Source: Bacteroidales bacterium (GTDB lineage: Bacteria; Bacteroidota; Bacteroidia; Bacteroidales; VadinHA17). From it: a stretch of DNA of 51,601 bases. The stretch's first letter is position 1. Every line of letters begins with the position of its first letter. The DNA is taken from positions 1 through 51,601 of the forward strand of contig DOTV01000196.1 in the NCBI GenBank assembly GCA_003520925.1, in the 5' to 3' direction. The position numbers were made by a program, and so were the translations under genes. The notes below the pieces were generated by a model. The model saw only the letters and a program-made list of their open reading frames with translations. It did not search any database and had not been told where the DNA came from. Positions 7,076 to 16,324 of the stretch are shown piece by piece.

Positions 7076-9793
7076 AAATACTATACTCAGTTTAAGTCAG
7101 TTTATAGTATTAAACCGCATTTATTGCTATCCGGGAGAGTATCATATAAAATTCTGATAACTCTGGGACTTTTTCTGTCCCTTACAGATTGTTCCGTTGA
7201 GAGAAACACTGGTACGACAAGGTTCTACCATGGACTGACCTCTCGATTTAACATCTATTTTAATGGTTATGAGAGCTTTAAGGAAGGTGTTCTGAAAATT
7301 GACAAAAGCTACAGGGATGATTTTTCGGAGTTGCTCAGAGTCTTTGAGAACAGCGATCCTTCGACTGTTTCACTCTGTTCTTCCAACATGGAAACAGCTA
7401 TTCAGAAAGCCTCCAAGCTAATCTCCTTGAAATCGATTACGGCAAAACCTGATTTCGATTCAAAGAAAGATCTTTCCGAGAAAGAAAAGGCCTTGCTTGA
7501 ACAAAAGGAATTCAACGAATGGGTCGACGACAGTTATTTCCTGATAGCCAGGGCAAGGTTCTATAAACATGAGTTCAGTGATGCAGCATCTGTATTCAGC
7601 TATTGCATTGAGGAGGCAAATGACCCGGAAATAAAAACTGAATCGTCGATATGGCTGGCAAGAATAAACTGTGAAAGAGGAAGCTATATTGAAGCCAACC
7701 GACTTCTGAATGATACAAAACCAGATCCGAAGTCATCAAAACAACTCAGGGCGCTCTATTCGACAACTATGGCCGATCTGTTCATAAGGCAGAAAAAGTA
7801 CCAGGAGGCAATCGGACCTCTTTCAGATGCACTGAAGCTTTTATCAGGCAAGAGGGTAAAATACAGGCTCACATATCTGCTTGCCCAGCTTTACGAACGG
7901 ACAGGTGATACCGAAAAAGCAATTTCACTGTACAGAGAAGTAGTAAAGATGAATCCGCCATATGATGTTGAATTTAATGCAAGAATAAACATTGCAGGTG
8001 TTTTCGACGTGAACTCAGGGAATCCTGAAGAGATCAGGAAAGAGCTTGAAAAGATGCTGAAAGATTCAAAGAATAAAGATTTTCAGGATCAGATTTACTA
8101 TGCCCTCGGAAATATGATGAAGAAAGAGGGTAAAAATAATGAAGCACTTGATTATTACAGGAAATCTGCTTCATCAAGTTCAGTCAACCAGAACCAGAAA
8201 GGTAAATCATATCTTGCCCTTGCTGAACACTATTACGCTATTCCCGACTACATGAATGCAGGGAAATATTATGACAGTACAGTTTATTTTCTTGACCAGA
8301 AATATCCCGATTATAAGGATCTTAAGGCAAAATCGCAGAATCTTAATCTGCTTGTAACTCATTTAAACGTAATCCAGAGAGAAGACAGTCTTCAGAAGGT
8401 CGCAGCAATGTCAAAGAATGAGAGGGACGCATTGATATCGGGGATTATTGAAAAGATAATAAAGGCTGAGAGTGAAGGTAAAACATCTGAATATGCCGAC
8501 CGCGCTAATATCGGGCAGTATTATGAAAATGAGAGAAGGTTTCAGGACAATATCGCACAGGAAGGCAAATGGTATTTTTACAATCAGACTGCACTTACCT
8601 TCGGCAGGACAGAATTCAAAAGAAAATGGGGTGACAGGCGTCCTGAAGATAACTGGAGAAGATCTAACAAGGCAAGGGTAAGTATTCAGCAGGCTTCAGC
8701 CGGACAGGATGAGAACGGAAAAGCACAGACCGATACTTCAAAGGCAGTGACAGACTATAAGAAACCTGAATTCTACCTTAAAGACCTGCCTCTGAACGAT
8801 ACCCTGATGAACATCTCGAATGAAAAAATTGCAAATGCCTATTTTAATGCGGGAAAGGTTTTTGCTGAGAAGATAACCGATACAAAGAAAGCGGCTGAAT
8901 CATACGAAACATTATTGACGCGTTTCCCTGACAACATGCTTGTCCCTGAGACACTGTATGATCTTTACAGACTTTACAAGGAAGAGAACAGCCAGAAATC
9001 TGAGGTGTCACGTCAGCGCCTTCTCGAAAAATATCCTGAGAGCGAGTTTGCAAAAATAATCTCGGATCCGGATTATTATAACAATAAGGTAGCCGAAATG
9101 AAGATGTCGGCAAAGCTTTACCAGGAAGCTTACAATTATTATGTACTTGAGAATTTCAGGGAATCAATATCGGTTTGTGACAGCGCGCTTGAAAATAATC
9201 CCACTGACAATCTGGCTCCAAAATTCATGCTTCTGAGGGCCTATTCAGTTGCCAGAATCAGTGATGAAAGAAGCTTTAAAGAGGAGCTCAGCAAGCTGAT
9301 CAAGGCATGGCCTTCAACCGAAGAGGGCAAGAAAGCTGATGAACTCTCGGCATATCTGAACAAGAAGCTTCCTGAGCTCAAAGTTGAGGAAGATAAGGTT
9401 ATAGCAGCTGAATTATATGTCGCCGACACTGCTGCTTTATATTCATTCAATGTGATAATAACCGATCCTGCATTCAATATTAATCAGGCATCTTTTGACG
9501 TGATCAGCTATAATATAGATAATTATACGAACAAGAATTACAGGACCGATGGTATCCTGGTTGATAATGAATATATAAAAATAACGGTCTCGGGATTTGC
9601 AAACAATTCACAGGCGTGGGATTATTACAATTCTTTCAAAGCAGAAAAAATTATAAGAAATAGCACAGGCTCTCAGATAATGACCTTTCTGATCAATAAT
9701 AACAATTCAAAAAACCTCGACACGGATAAAAATCCCGGGCGTTACTATCTTTTCTTTAGGGAAAACTACCTAACTGGGAAAAAGATTAGGTAA
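7073..9793 (+). CDS. porW: TPR-repeat outer-membrane lipoprotein, PorW/SprE-like T9SS component
   Basis: Lipobox-like LFLSLTDCS followed by TRFYHGLTSRFNIYFNGYESF, then multiple TPR-like helices over about 900 aa, immediately upstream of porX. There is no in-frame ATG near the 5' end. The ORF track uses TTG 7073, and TTG 7124 is an alternative (see findings). Confidence 0.55.
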   Translation: MKYYTQFKSVYSIKPHLLLSGRVSYKILITLGLFLSLTDCSVERNTGTTRFYHGLTSRFNIYFNGYESFKEGVLKIDKSYRDDFSELLRVFENSDPSTVSLCSSNMETAIQKASKLISLKSITAKPDFDSKKDLSEKEKALLEQKEFNEWVDDSYFLIARARFYKHEFSDAASVFSYCIEEANDPEIKTESSIWLARINCERGSYIEANRLLNDTKPDPKSSKQLRALYSTTMADLFIRQKKYQEAIGPLSDALKLLSGKRVKYRLTYLLAQLYERTGDTEKAISLYREVVKMNPPYDVEFNARINIAGVFDVNSGNPEEIRKELEKMLKDSKNKDFQDQIYYALGNMMKKEGKNNEALDYYRKSASSSSVNQNQKGKSYLALAEHYYAIPDYMNAGKYYDSTVYFLDQKYPDYKDLKAKSQNLNLLVTHLNVIQREDSLQKVAAMSKNERDALISGIIEKIIKAESEGKTSEYADRANIGQYYENERRFQDNIAQEGKWYFYNQTALTFGRTEFKRKWGDRRPEDNWRRSNKARVSIQQASAGQDENGKAQTDTSKAVTDYKKPEFYLKDLPLNDTLMNISNEKIANAYFNAGKVFAEKITDTKKAAESYETLLTRFPDNMLVPETLYDLYRLYKEENSQKSEVSRQRLLEKYPESEFAKIISDPDYYNNKVAEMKMSAKLYQEAYNYYVLENFRESISVCDSALENNPTDNLAPKFMLLRAYSVARISDERSFKEELSKLIKAWPSTEEGKKADELSAYLNKKLPELKVEEDKVIAAELYVADTAALYSFNVIITDPAFNINQASFDVISYNIDNYTNKNYRTDGILVDNEYIKITVSGFANNSQAWDYYNSFKAEKIIRNSTGSQIMTFLINNNNSKNLDTDKNPGRYYLFFRENYLTGKKIR

Positions 9794-9822
9794 TTTTACA
9801 TCCTGAACACTTTACTTTTTGG

Positions 9823-11379
9823 ATGAGAACAATCAGAATCTTATGGACCGATGATGAAATTGAGGTCCTGAAAGCGCATGTCCTATTCCTCAGGGAGAAA
9901 GGATATGAAATAGATACCTGCACAAATGGTATTGACACCATCGACCTTGTCCGCCATAATCCTTATGATCTGATATTTCTTGACGAAAGCATGCCCGGGC
10001 TGAGTGGACTTGAGACACTTCGCCTTATTAAGGAGATAAAGAACGACCTGCCGGTAGTAATGATAACCAAAAACGAAGAGGAAGGGATCATGGAGGCAGC
10101 CATAGGGTCGGAAATGGCTGATTATCTCATAAAGCCGGTCAAGCCAAATCAGCTACTTCTTGTTGTGAAGAGGATCACCGAACAGCGCAGGCTCATTACC
10201 GAAAAAACAACAACAAACTACAGGCAGGAGTTCGGCAGCATAGGCAACCTTATTTCGTCGGCCCGAAGCCATTCCGACTGGACAGAGCTTTACCGGAAAA
10301 TCACATTCTGGGAATCGGAACTTGAAAAATCGACTGATCCGGGAATGAGCGAAATTCTAAAGATGCAGGAAAATGATGCAAACAATGCCTTTGTAAAATA
10401 CCTGACAACACACTACCTCTCATGGCTTGATCCGGATGCACTTGATAAACCGGTCCTTTCACCATCCCTTTTCTCGAAAAAGATTTTCCCTAATGTGCAG
10501 CAGGGAAGACCTGTTTTCTTCATACTTATTGATAACCTGCGATTTGACCAGTGGAAGATGATAGCTTCGGAGCTGGCAGGAATTTACAGGGTTATAGAAG
10601 AGGATATCTATTTCAGTATCCTGCCTACCGCAACACAGTACAGCCGTAATGCGATTTTTTCCGGTCTGATGCCATCTGCAATTGCAGCAATACTTCCCGA
10701 ATACTGGGTTGAAGATGATGAAGAGGAAGGTAAAAATAACTTCGAAGAAGAACTTTTTAAATATCAGCTTGCCCGCAAGGGACTGAAATACAAATGGTCG
10801 TATAATAAAATAATAAGTAACCAGGATGGACGGAAAGTCAACGAAAGAGTCAGGCAGATGCTCGACAATGATATAAATATCCTCGTTTACAATTTTGTCG
10901 ATATGCTTTCGCATGCCAGGACTGAAATCGGACTGATAAGGGATCTGGCAAATGATGAGAAGGCATACAGGAGCCTTACACGTTCATGGTTTGTTCATTC
11001 TCCCCTCTACGAATTACTTATAGCATTGTCGACCCAGCCTGTTAAAATTATTTTCAGCACCGATCATGGTACTATAAGAGTGCAAAATCCTATTAAGGTT
11101 ATTGGAGACAGGAAAACATCATCCAACCTAAGGTATAAAATGGGAAGAAATCTCGATTATAATCCGCGCCAGGTTTTTGAACTAAGATTCCCTGAAAAGG
11201 CAGGCCTGCCAAAAACCAACATCACTTCAAAATATATTTTTGCCCTCAATAAGGATTTCCTTGTTTACCAGAACAACTATAATTATTATGCAGGCTTTTA
11301 CAAGGACACATTTCAGCACGGAGGCATTTCGATGCAGGAAATAATGCTTCCGGTTGCCTGCATAGAACCTGTTTTGTAA
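9823..11379 (+). CDS. porX: T9SS response regulator PorX (receiver domain + PglZ/alkaline-phosphatase-like domain)
   Basis: CheY-like receiver (ILWTDDE...DLIFLDESMPGLSGLE...ADYLIKP) fused to a long PglZ-type C-terminal domain. The length and architecture match PorX. Confidence 0.8.
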   Translation: MRTIRILWTDDEIEVLKAHVLFLREKGYEIDTCTNGIDTIDLVRHNPYDLIFLDESMPGLSGLETLRLIKEIKNDLPVVMITKNEEEGIMEAAIGSEMADYLIKPVKPNQLLLVVKRITEQRRLITEKTTTNYRQEFGSIGNLISSARSHSDWTELYRKITFWESELEKSTDPGMSEILKMQENDANNAFVKYLTTHYLSWLDPDALDKPVLSPSLFSKKIFPNVQQGRPVFFILIDNLRFDQWKMIASELAGIYRVIEEDIYFSILPTATQYSRNAIFSGLMPSAIAAILPEYWVEDDEEEGKNNFEEELFKYQLARKGLKYKWSYNKIISNQDGRKVNERVRQMLDNDINILVYNFVDMLSHARTEIGLIRDLANDEKAYRSLTRSWFVHSPLYELLIALSTQPVKIIFSTDHGTIRVQNPIKVIGDRKTSSNLRYKMGRNLDYNPRQVFELRFPEKAGLPKTNITSKYIFALNKDFLVYQNNYNYYAGFYKDTFQHGGISMQEIMLPVACIEPVL

Positions 11380-11396
11380 TTAACCTGGCAACCGGG

Positions 11397-11816
11397 ATGA
11401 AGATTCTTGTAAAAGATAAAAAATACCTTCCGTCCGCTGCCCGAAAAATACTTGAACACACTTCGGGGAAAAAAATACTGGCATTTTACGGATCAATGGG
11501 GGCTGGCAAGACAACTGTTATCAAGGCAATCTGCAAGCTCCTCGGGGCAGGTGACATTGTTACCAGCCCAACATTTACAATGGTAAATGAATACCTGACA
11601 AATAAAAATGAAATCATCTATCATATCGACTTTTACAGGATTAAAAAGGCTGAGGAGGTTTATGATTTCGGGTTAGAAGAGTACTTCTCAAGCGGTTCAT
11701 ATTGCTTTATGGAATGGCCCGAGCTTATCGGCGGGATACTTCCCTCTGAAACTGCTAAAATCAGAATTACAGTCGGTGAAAATGACCATAGGACCATTGA
11801 CATTGAAGAACATTGA
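11397..11816 (+). CDS. tsaE: tRNA t6A37 biosynthesis ATPase TsaE
   Basis: YjeE family: GSMGAGKTT P-loop, SPTFTMVNEY and HIDFYR motifs. Confidence 0.9.
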   Translation: MKILVKDKKYLPSAARKILEHTSGKKILAFYGSMGAGKTTVIKAICKLLGAGDIVTSPTFTMVNEYLTNKNEIIYHIDFYRIKKAEEVYDFGLEEYFSSGSYCFMEWPELIGGILPSETAKIRITVGENDHRTIDIEEH

Positions 11817-11865
11817 TCCTGTATTGGTTTTTTTTTAACTTTGAGAAAATAACAACATTCTCACA

Positions 11866-13086
11866 ATGAATGATAAAGGCAAAAACGGAAATCTGAGTTT
11901 TGGCAATGCCGGTTTAATGCCAAGGGAAGAACAGCTTGAAACAGCTGTACGGCGAAAGAAGATCTCAATCGGAGTTCCAAACGACAAAAAGAATGATGAA
12001 AAAAGGGTGGCCCTTACACCCGAGGCTGTAAATCTGCTTGTCGAAAATGGCAATGAGGTTATCCTTCAGAAGGGAGCCGGGACCGGGGCAAATTATTCCG
12101 ATAAGGATTATGCTGAAAACGGTGCGGTAATTACTGAATCAACTGCCAGGGTTTTCAGTGCCGATGCAGTAATCAAGGTTGCCCCGTTTACATTGCAGGA
12201 GGTCGATTACCTTAAAGGTAACCAGATAGTTATGTCTTTTCTGAATGTCCTCCAGCTAAGCGAGGGGACCCTGGGAAAACTTATAAGGAAAAAAGTTACT
12301 GCAATTGCACTCGAAAAGATACGTGATATTAACGGCGCTATGCCTGTCATGGAATCGATGAGTGAAATAAGCGGAGTCACTTCAATCCTTGTTGCATCCG
12401 ATTATCTGAGCAACCATCATGGTGGTAAGGGTGTACTGCTGGGCGGAATAACCGGAGTTACCCCAACAGAAGTTGTGATCATTGGAGCCAATACTGCAGG
12501 TGAATATGCTGCCCGGGCAGCACTGGGTCTGGGCTCACAGGTTAAAATATTTGACCAGTCGCTTCATAATCTCAGGAAATTCCAGAACCTGATTAACCAA
12601 CGCCTGCAAACATCTGTATTTCATCCGCAGGTTTTAAAAAAAGCCCTTAAATCGGCCGATGTACTTATTGGAGCTATTGAGCTTGAAGATCTTCGCCCCT
12701 GGTACTATATTACAGAAGAGATGGTAAAAACCATGAAAAAAGGGTCAGTTATTATTGATCTGAGCATCGACCGGGGCGGATGCATCGAGACAACTGAATG
12801 CCGGGCACTCAGGGATCCTGTTTATGAAAAGCATGGGGTGATACACTTCTCGGCATGGAACCTGCCATCAAGGATGGCACGTACGGCCTCAATTGCTCTC
12901 AGCAACATTTTTAATCCTCTTTTCCAGGAGATAGCTGAGGCAGGCGGAATAATCCATTTGCTAAAGAATGACCGGGGAATGCGAAACGGGGTTTATCTGT
13001 TCAACGGAATCCTGACAAATGAAACGTTAGCTCAGAAATTCGGAGCGATATCTAAAGATCTTGATCTGCTTATTTCAGCATTCTGA
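11866..13086 (+). CDS. ald: alanine dehydrogenase family protein
   Basis: AlaDH/PNT N- and C-domains (EKRVALTPEAV..., NAD-binding VVIIGANTAGEYAA), with the N-terminal extension common in Bacteroidota. Confidence 0.7.
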   Translation: MNDKGKNGNLSFGNAGLMPREEQLETAVRRKKISIGVPNDKKNDEKRVALTPEAVNLLVENGNEVILQKGAGTGANYSDKDYAENGAVITESTARVFSADAVIKVAPFTLQEVDYLKGNQIVMSFLNVLQLSEGTLGKLIRKKVTAIALEKIRDINGAMPVMESMSEISGVTSILVASDYLSNHHGGKGVLLGGITGVTPTEVVIIGANTAGEYAARAALGLGSQVKIFDQSLHNLRKFQNLINQRLQTSVFHPQVLKKALKSADVLIGAIELEDLRPWYYITEEMVKTMKKGSVIIDLSIDRGGCIETTECRALRDPVYEKHGVIHFSAWNLPSRMARTASIALSNIFNPLFQEIAEAGGIIHLLKNDRGMRNGVYLFNGILTNETLAQKFGAISKDLDLLISAF

Positions 13087-13130
13087 AGATGTTCCTCGTT
13101 GATGGTTACTGGGTGCTGGTTACTGGTAAA

Positions 13131-13175
13131 TCCCCCTTTGAAGAGCCTGCCCCGCTTCAGCGGGGGGGTTGGGGG
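13131..13175 (+). repeat. bipartite GC-hairpin intergenic repeat, copy C (module 1 degenerate)
   Basis: CCCCCTTTGAAGAG is a decayed module 1. CCCCGC-ttca-GCGGGG-GGGTTGGGGG (13150-13175) is module 2. It lies between convergent ald and ldcA. Confidence 0.75.
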
Positions 13176-13210
13176 ATGTAAAATCTTCTTTTTACATGTA
13201 CTCACCCCTG

Positions 13211-13246
13211 TATCCCCTCTCTGCTTCGTAAAGAGGGACTTTCGAA
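13211..13246 (+). repeat. orphan module-1 copy (TATCCCCT...AGAGGGACTTTCGAAT)
   Basis: It shares TATCCCCT-loop-AGGGGACTTT(n)GAAT with 42893-42918. The stem is CCCTCT (13215-13220) / AGAGGG (13232-13237). Confidence 0.7.
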
Positions 13247-13263
13247 TAGACACCTCTGACCAG

Positions 13264-14178
13264 CTAGATATATAATAGAACAGCCTCTTCTCCCTTTAAG
13301 GTGATTTTAGCATTCTTACCTATGTAAAAAGCCCGGTTGTCATCAATATGCCCTGCCGGAAAATCAAACAAAACCGGGTATTTATAATCCGCAACTGATT
13401 CAGCTATTGTAGCTTCAGCACTTTTGCCCCAGGCAATTTTAGTGTTTTCCATTTTAGTCAGCCCCCCTACTATCAATCCCGACAGTGCTTTAAGCTTGCC
13501 CGCAAGCCTGAGGGAGTTCATCATCCGGTCGAGATGATAATAGTACTCCCCCACCTCTTCAATAAACAGGATCCTTCCATATGTATTGGGCTCACCTTTT
13601 GTACCTATAAGGCTGTAAATCAGAGAGAGATTCCCACCGGTAACCTCCCCGGTGAAATTTCCCGGACGGATGAAAGCTCCTTTCCAGGAAATAGGTTTGT
13701 ATTTACCGAATAATGCATCATACAGAGTGTTGAATGTTTCCTGCGTTTTCCCCTTTTCAGAGTAATTCAGAGGCATTTCGCCATGTATCGAAGCTAATCC
13801 TATTACTTCATTAAGCCAGAGATGCAGGATTGTTATATCGCTGAATCCGATATACCATTTCGGATTTTTTTTCAATGATGATAGCCTGAGTCTGTTTATT
13901 ATTCTGAGCGTCCCATAACCCCCTCTTGAGCAGAACACTGCCTTAACAGCCCTATCATCAGTCATTTTCTGGAGGTCATAAAGACGTTCATCATCATTTC
14001 CGGCAAAGGGACCTGCCCGTTTCAATATATTTTCCCCGGTCCTGACCTTTAGCCCCCAGCTTTCCAGTAAACCGACTGCTGCGTTTATTTTATCTTCATC
14101 AACTGACCAGGAAGGAGAGACGATTGCCACTTCATCACCTTGCCTGAGATATGGAGGCTGGATTTTTTTCAGGGACAT
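13264..14178 (-). CDS. ldcA: LD-carboxypeptidase (peptidase S66, muramoyltetrapeptide carboxypeptidase)
   Basis: S66 family with nucleophile motif GFSDITILH and a C-terminal E/H region (FIEEVGE...PAGH). Confidence 0.85.
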   Translation of the reverse strand: MSLKKIQPPYLRQGDEVAIVSPSWSVDEDKINAAVGLLESWGLKVRTGENILKRAGPFAGNDDERLYDLQKMTDDRAVKAVFCSRGGYGTLRIINRLRLSSLKKNPKWYIGFSDITILHLWLNEVIGLASIHGEMPLNYSEKGKTQETFNTLYDALFGKYKPISWKGAFIRPGNFTGEVTGGNLSLIYSLIGTKGEPNTYGRILFIEEVGEYYYHLDRMMNSLRLAGKLKALSGLIVGGLTKMENTKIAWGKSAEATIAESVADYKYPVLFDFPAGHIDDNRAFYIGKNAKITLKGEEAVLLYI

Positions 14179-14243
14179 TTTACAGCATATATCGTGTAAA
14201 AATAATCCTTATTGGCAACTCATCCAACTGCATGAATAAAGAT

Positions 14244-14251
14244 TATCTTTG
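14244..14251 (+). promoter_or_regulatory. -7 promoter box TATCTTTG upstream of metG
   Basis: Exact TAnnTTTG, 38 nt before ATG 14290. Confidence 0.5.
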
Positions 14252-14289
14252 TGCGATTTCAGAAATAGCTGACCATTCTTAATTGAATT

Positions 14290-16323
14290 ATGAAGAATTT
14301 CAAACGATATCTTATTACTTCAGCACTGCCCTATGCCAATGGTCCGTTACATATCGGCCATCTTGCAGGTGTTTATGTTCCGTCGGATATTTATACCCGC
14401 TACCTCCGGATGAAAGGGGCAGATGTTATATCAATCTGCGGATCGGACGAACACGGAGTCCCAATAACCCTGAAAGCACGCAAGGAGGGAATTTCACCCC
14501 AGGAAGTCGTCGACAGGTATCATACATTGAATAAAAAAGCGTTTGAGGATTTCGGTATTGCTTTTGATATTTACTCAAGAACTTCAAATAAGGTTCACTA
14601 TGATACAGCATCGGATTTCTTCCTGAAAATTTACAATAAGGGTGAATTCACTGAAAAAATTTCGGAACAATATTATGACGAAGAGGCGGCTTCCTTTCTG
14701 GCCGACAGGTATATAACAGGCACCTGTCCGCATTGCGGTAACGAAAATGCATATGGGGACCAATGTGAAAAGTGCGGTACATCACTTAGTCCGAACGACC
14801 TTATAAATCCTCGCTCGACAATCAGTGGAAGCAAGCCAGTTCTCCGTGAAACACTTCATTGGTACCTTCCGCTGGATAAATACGAGGGCTGGCTGAAAAA
14901 GTGGATACTCGAGGATCATAAGGAATGGAAAACAAATGTTTACGGACAATGCAAATCATGGATCGATCAGGGACTTCAGCCAAGGGCCGTAAGCCGCGAT
15001 CTTGACTGGGGTGTTCCGGTTCCGGTTGAGGGGGCAAAAGGGAAAGTACTGTACGTGTGGTTTGATGCACCTATAGGATATATTTCAGCAACAAAAGAAC
15101 TGACGGCTGATTGGGAAAAGTACTGGAAGGATCCGGAGACGAAAATGGTTCACTTCATAGGGAAGGACAATATTGTTTTCCATTGCATAATTTTCCCGGC
15201 AATGCTTAAAGCCGAAGGCTCATTCATACTCCCTGAGAATGTTCCGGCAAATGAGTTTCTGAATCTCGAGAATGACAAGATCTCAACTTCACGCAACTGG
15301 GCTGTATGGCTGCATGAATACCTTGAAGAATTCCCCGGCAAGCAGGATGTTCTGAGATACACTCTCTGTTCCAATGCACCTGAAACAAAGGATAATGACT
15401 TCACCTGGAAAGATTTCCAGGCCCGCAATAACAATGAACTTGTGGCCATTCTGGGTAATTTCGTAAACCGCACTCTGGTTCTTACAGGTAAATATTACGA
15501 TGGAAGGGTTCCGGAAAGAGGGATAACTGACGAAAACGATAATTCAGTGCTCAAAGAAATTTCAAAGATCCGCGAGAATGTTGAATCAAGTATCGAAACC
15601 TTCAGGTTCCGGGAAGCCCTCAGGGAAGCAATGAACCTTGCAAGGCTTGGTAATAAGTACCTGGCTGATGCTGAACCATGGAAGATTGATAAAACCGATC
15701 CGGAAAGAGTAAAAACAATTATGAATATTGCTCTTCAGATCACGGCAAATCTTACAATAATTCTTGAGCCATTTCTTCCCTTTTCTATGAGCAAGCTGAG
15801 GAATTGGATTAATATCGATCTTAAAAAATGGGACGAGGCAGGAAATATTGACATTCTTAAGCCTGGCCATGCCATAAATAAACCGGATCTTCTTTTTGAA
15901 AAGATTGAGGATGAAGCTATAAAGAAGCAGATAAGCAAGCTTGAATCAACCAAAAAGGTGAATGAATCTGCGTCTTCAAAAGTTATGCCTTCAAAGGACC
16001 AGGTGACATTCGAGGATTTTACAAAGGTCGATATAAGGACCGCCACAATTCTCGAAGCTGAAAAAGTGCCTAAAACCACCAAGCTCCTGAAGCTTAAAAT
16101 TGACACAGGCCTTGATATCAGGACAATAGTATCAGGAATTGCAGAATATTATGAGCCAGAGACGATCATCGGAAGGCAGATCTCAATTGTTGCAAATCTT
16201 GAACCAAGAAAAATAAAAGGGATCGAGTCAAAAGGTATGATTCTGATGGCTGAAGACAAAGAAGGAAGACTTGTAATGGTTACACCTGCTGAAAAGGTAA
16301 GCAACGGCAGCCCTATAAAGTAG
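14290..16323 (+). CDS. metG: methionine--tRNA ligase
   Basis: HIGH motif (PLHIGHLAG), Zn knuckles (CPHCG...CEKCG), KMSKS-like KISTSRN, and a C-terminal tRNA-binding (EMAP/Trbp111-like) domain. Confidence 0.95.
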   Translation: MKNFKRYLITSALPYANGPLHIGHLAGVYVPSDIYTRYLRMKGADVISICGSDEHGVPITLKARKEGISPQEVVDRYHTLNKKAFEDFGIAFDIYSRTSNKVHYDTASDFFLKIYNKGEFTEKISEQYYDEEAASFLADRYITGTCPHCGNENAYGDQCEKCGTSLSPNDLINPRSTISGSKPVLRETLHWYLPLDKYEGWLKKWILEDHKEWKTNVYGQCKSWIDQGLQPRAVSRDLDWGVPVPVEGAKGKVLYVWFDAPIGYISATKELTADWEKYWKDPETKMVHFIGKDNIVFHCIIFPAMLKAEGSFILPENVPANEFLNLENDKISTSRNWAVWLHEYLEEFPGKQDVLRYTLCSNAPETKDNDFTWKDFQARNNNELVAILGNFVNRTLVLTGKYYDGRVPERGITDENDNSVLKEISKIRENVESSIETFRFREALREAMNLARLGNKYLADAEPWKIDKTDPERVKTIMNIALQITANLTIILEPFLPFSMSKLRNWINIDLKKWDEAGNIDILKPGHAINKPDLLFEKIEDEAIKKQISKLESTKKVNESASSKVMPSKDQVTFEDFTKVDIRTATILEAEKVPKTTKLLKLKIDTGLDIRTIVSGIAEYYEPETIIGRQISIVANLEPRKIKGIESKGMILMAEDKEGRLVMVTPAEKVSNGSPIK

Positions 16324-16324
16324 A

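Noticed and set aside
10459-10914. 151-aa minus-strand ORF inside porX.
   Set aside because: It is antisense to a well-supported CDS and has no recognisable domain.
11791-11840. Possible terminator after tsaE (imperfect stem AGGACCATTG/CATTGATCCT followed by a T9 run).
   Set aside because: The stem has two mismatches, lies within the coding end of tsaE, and is separated from the T-run by 7 nt. This is too weak to call.
13032-13253. 73-aa minus-strand ORF spanning the ald/ldcA spacer (contains HPPTPPLKRGRLFKGG).
   Set aside because: It is a translation of the GC-hairpin repeat. The same C/G runs give similar pseudo-peptides at the other copies in different frames, so it is a repeat artefact and not a gene.
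14283-14534. 83-aa alternative-frame ORF at the start of metG.
   Set aside because: It overlaps the authentic metG frame, which carries the HIGH motif. No independent support exists.
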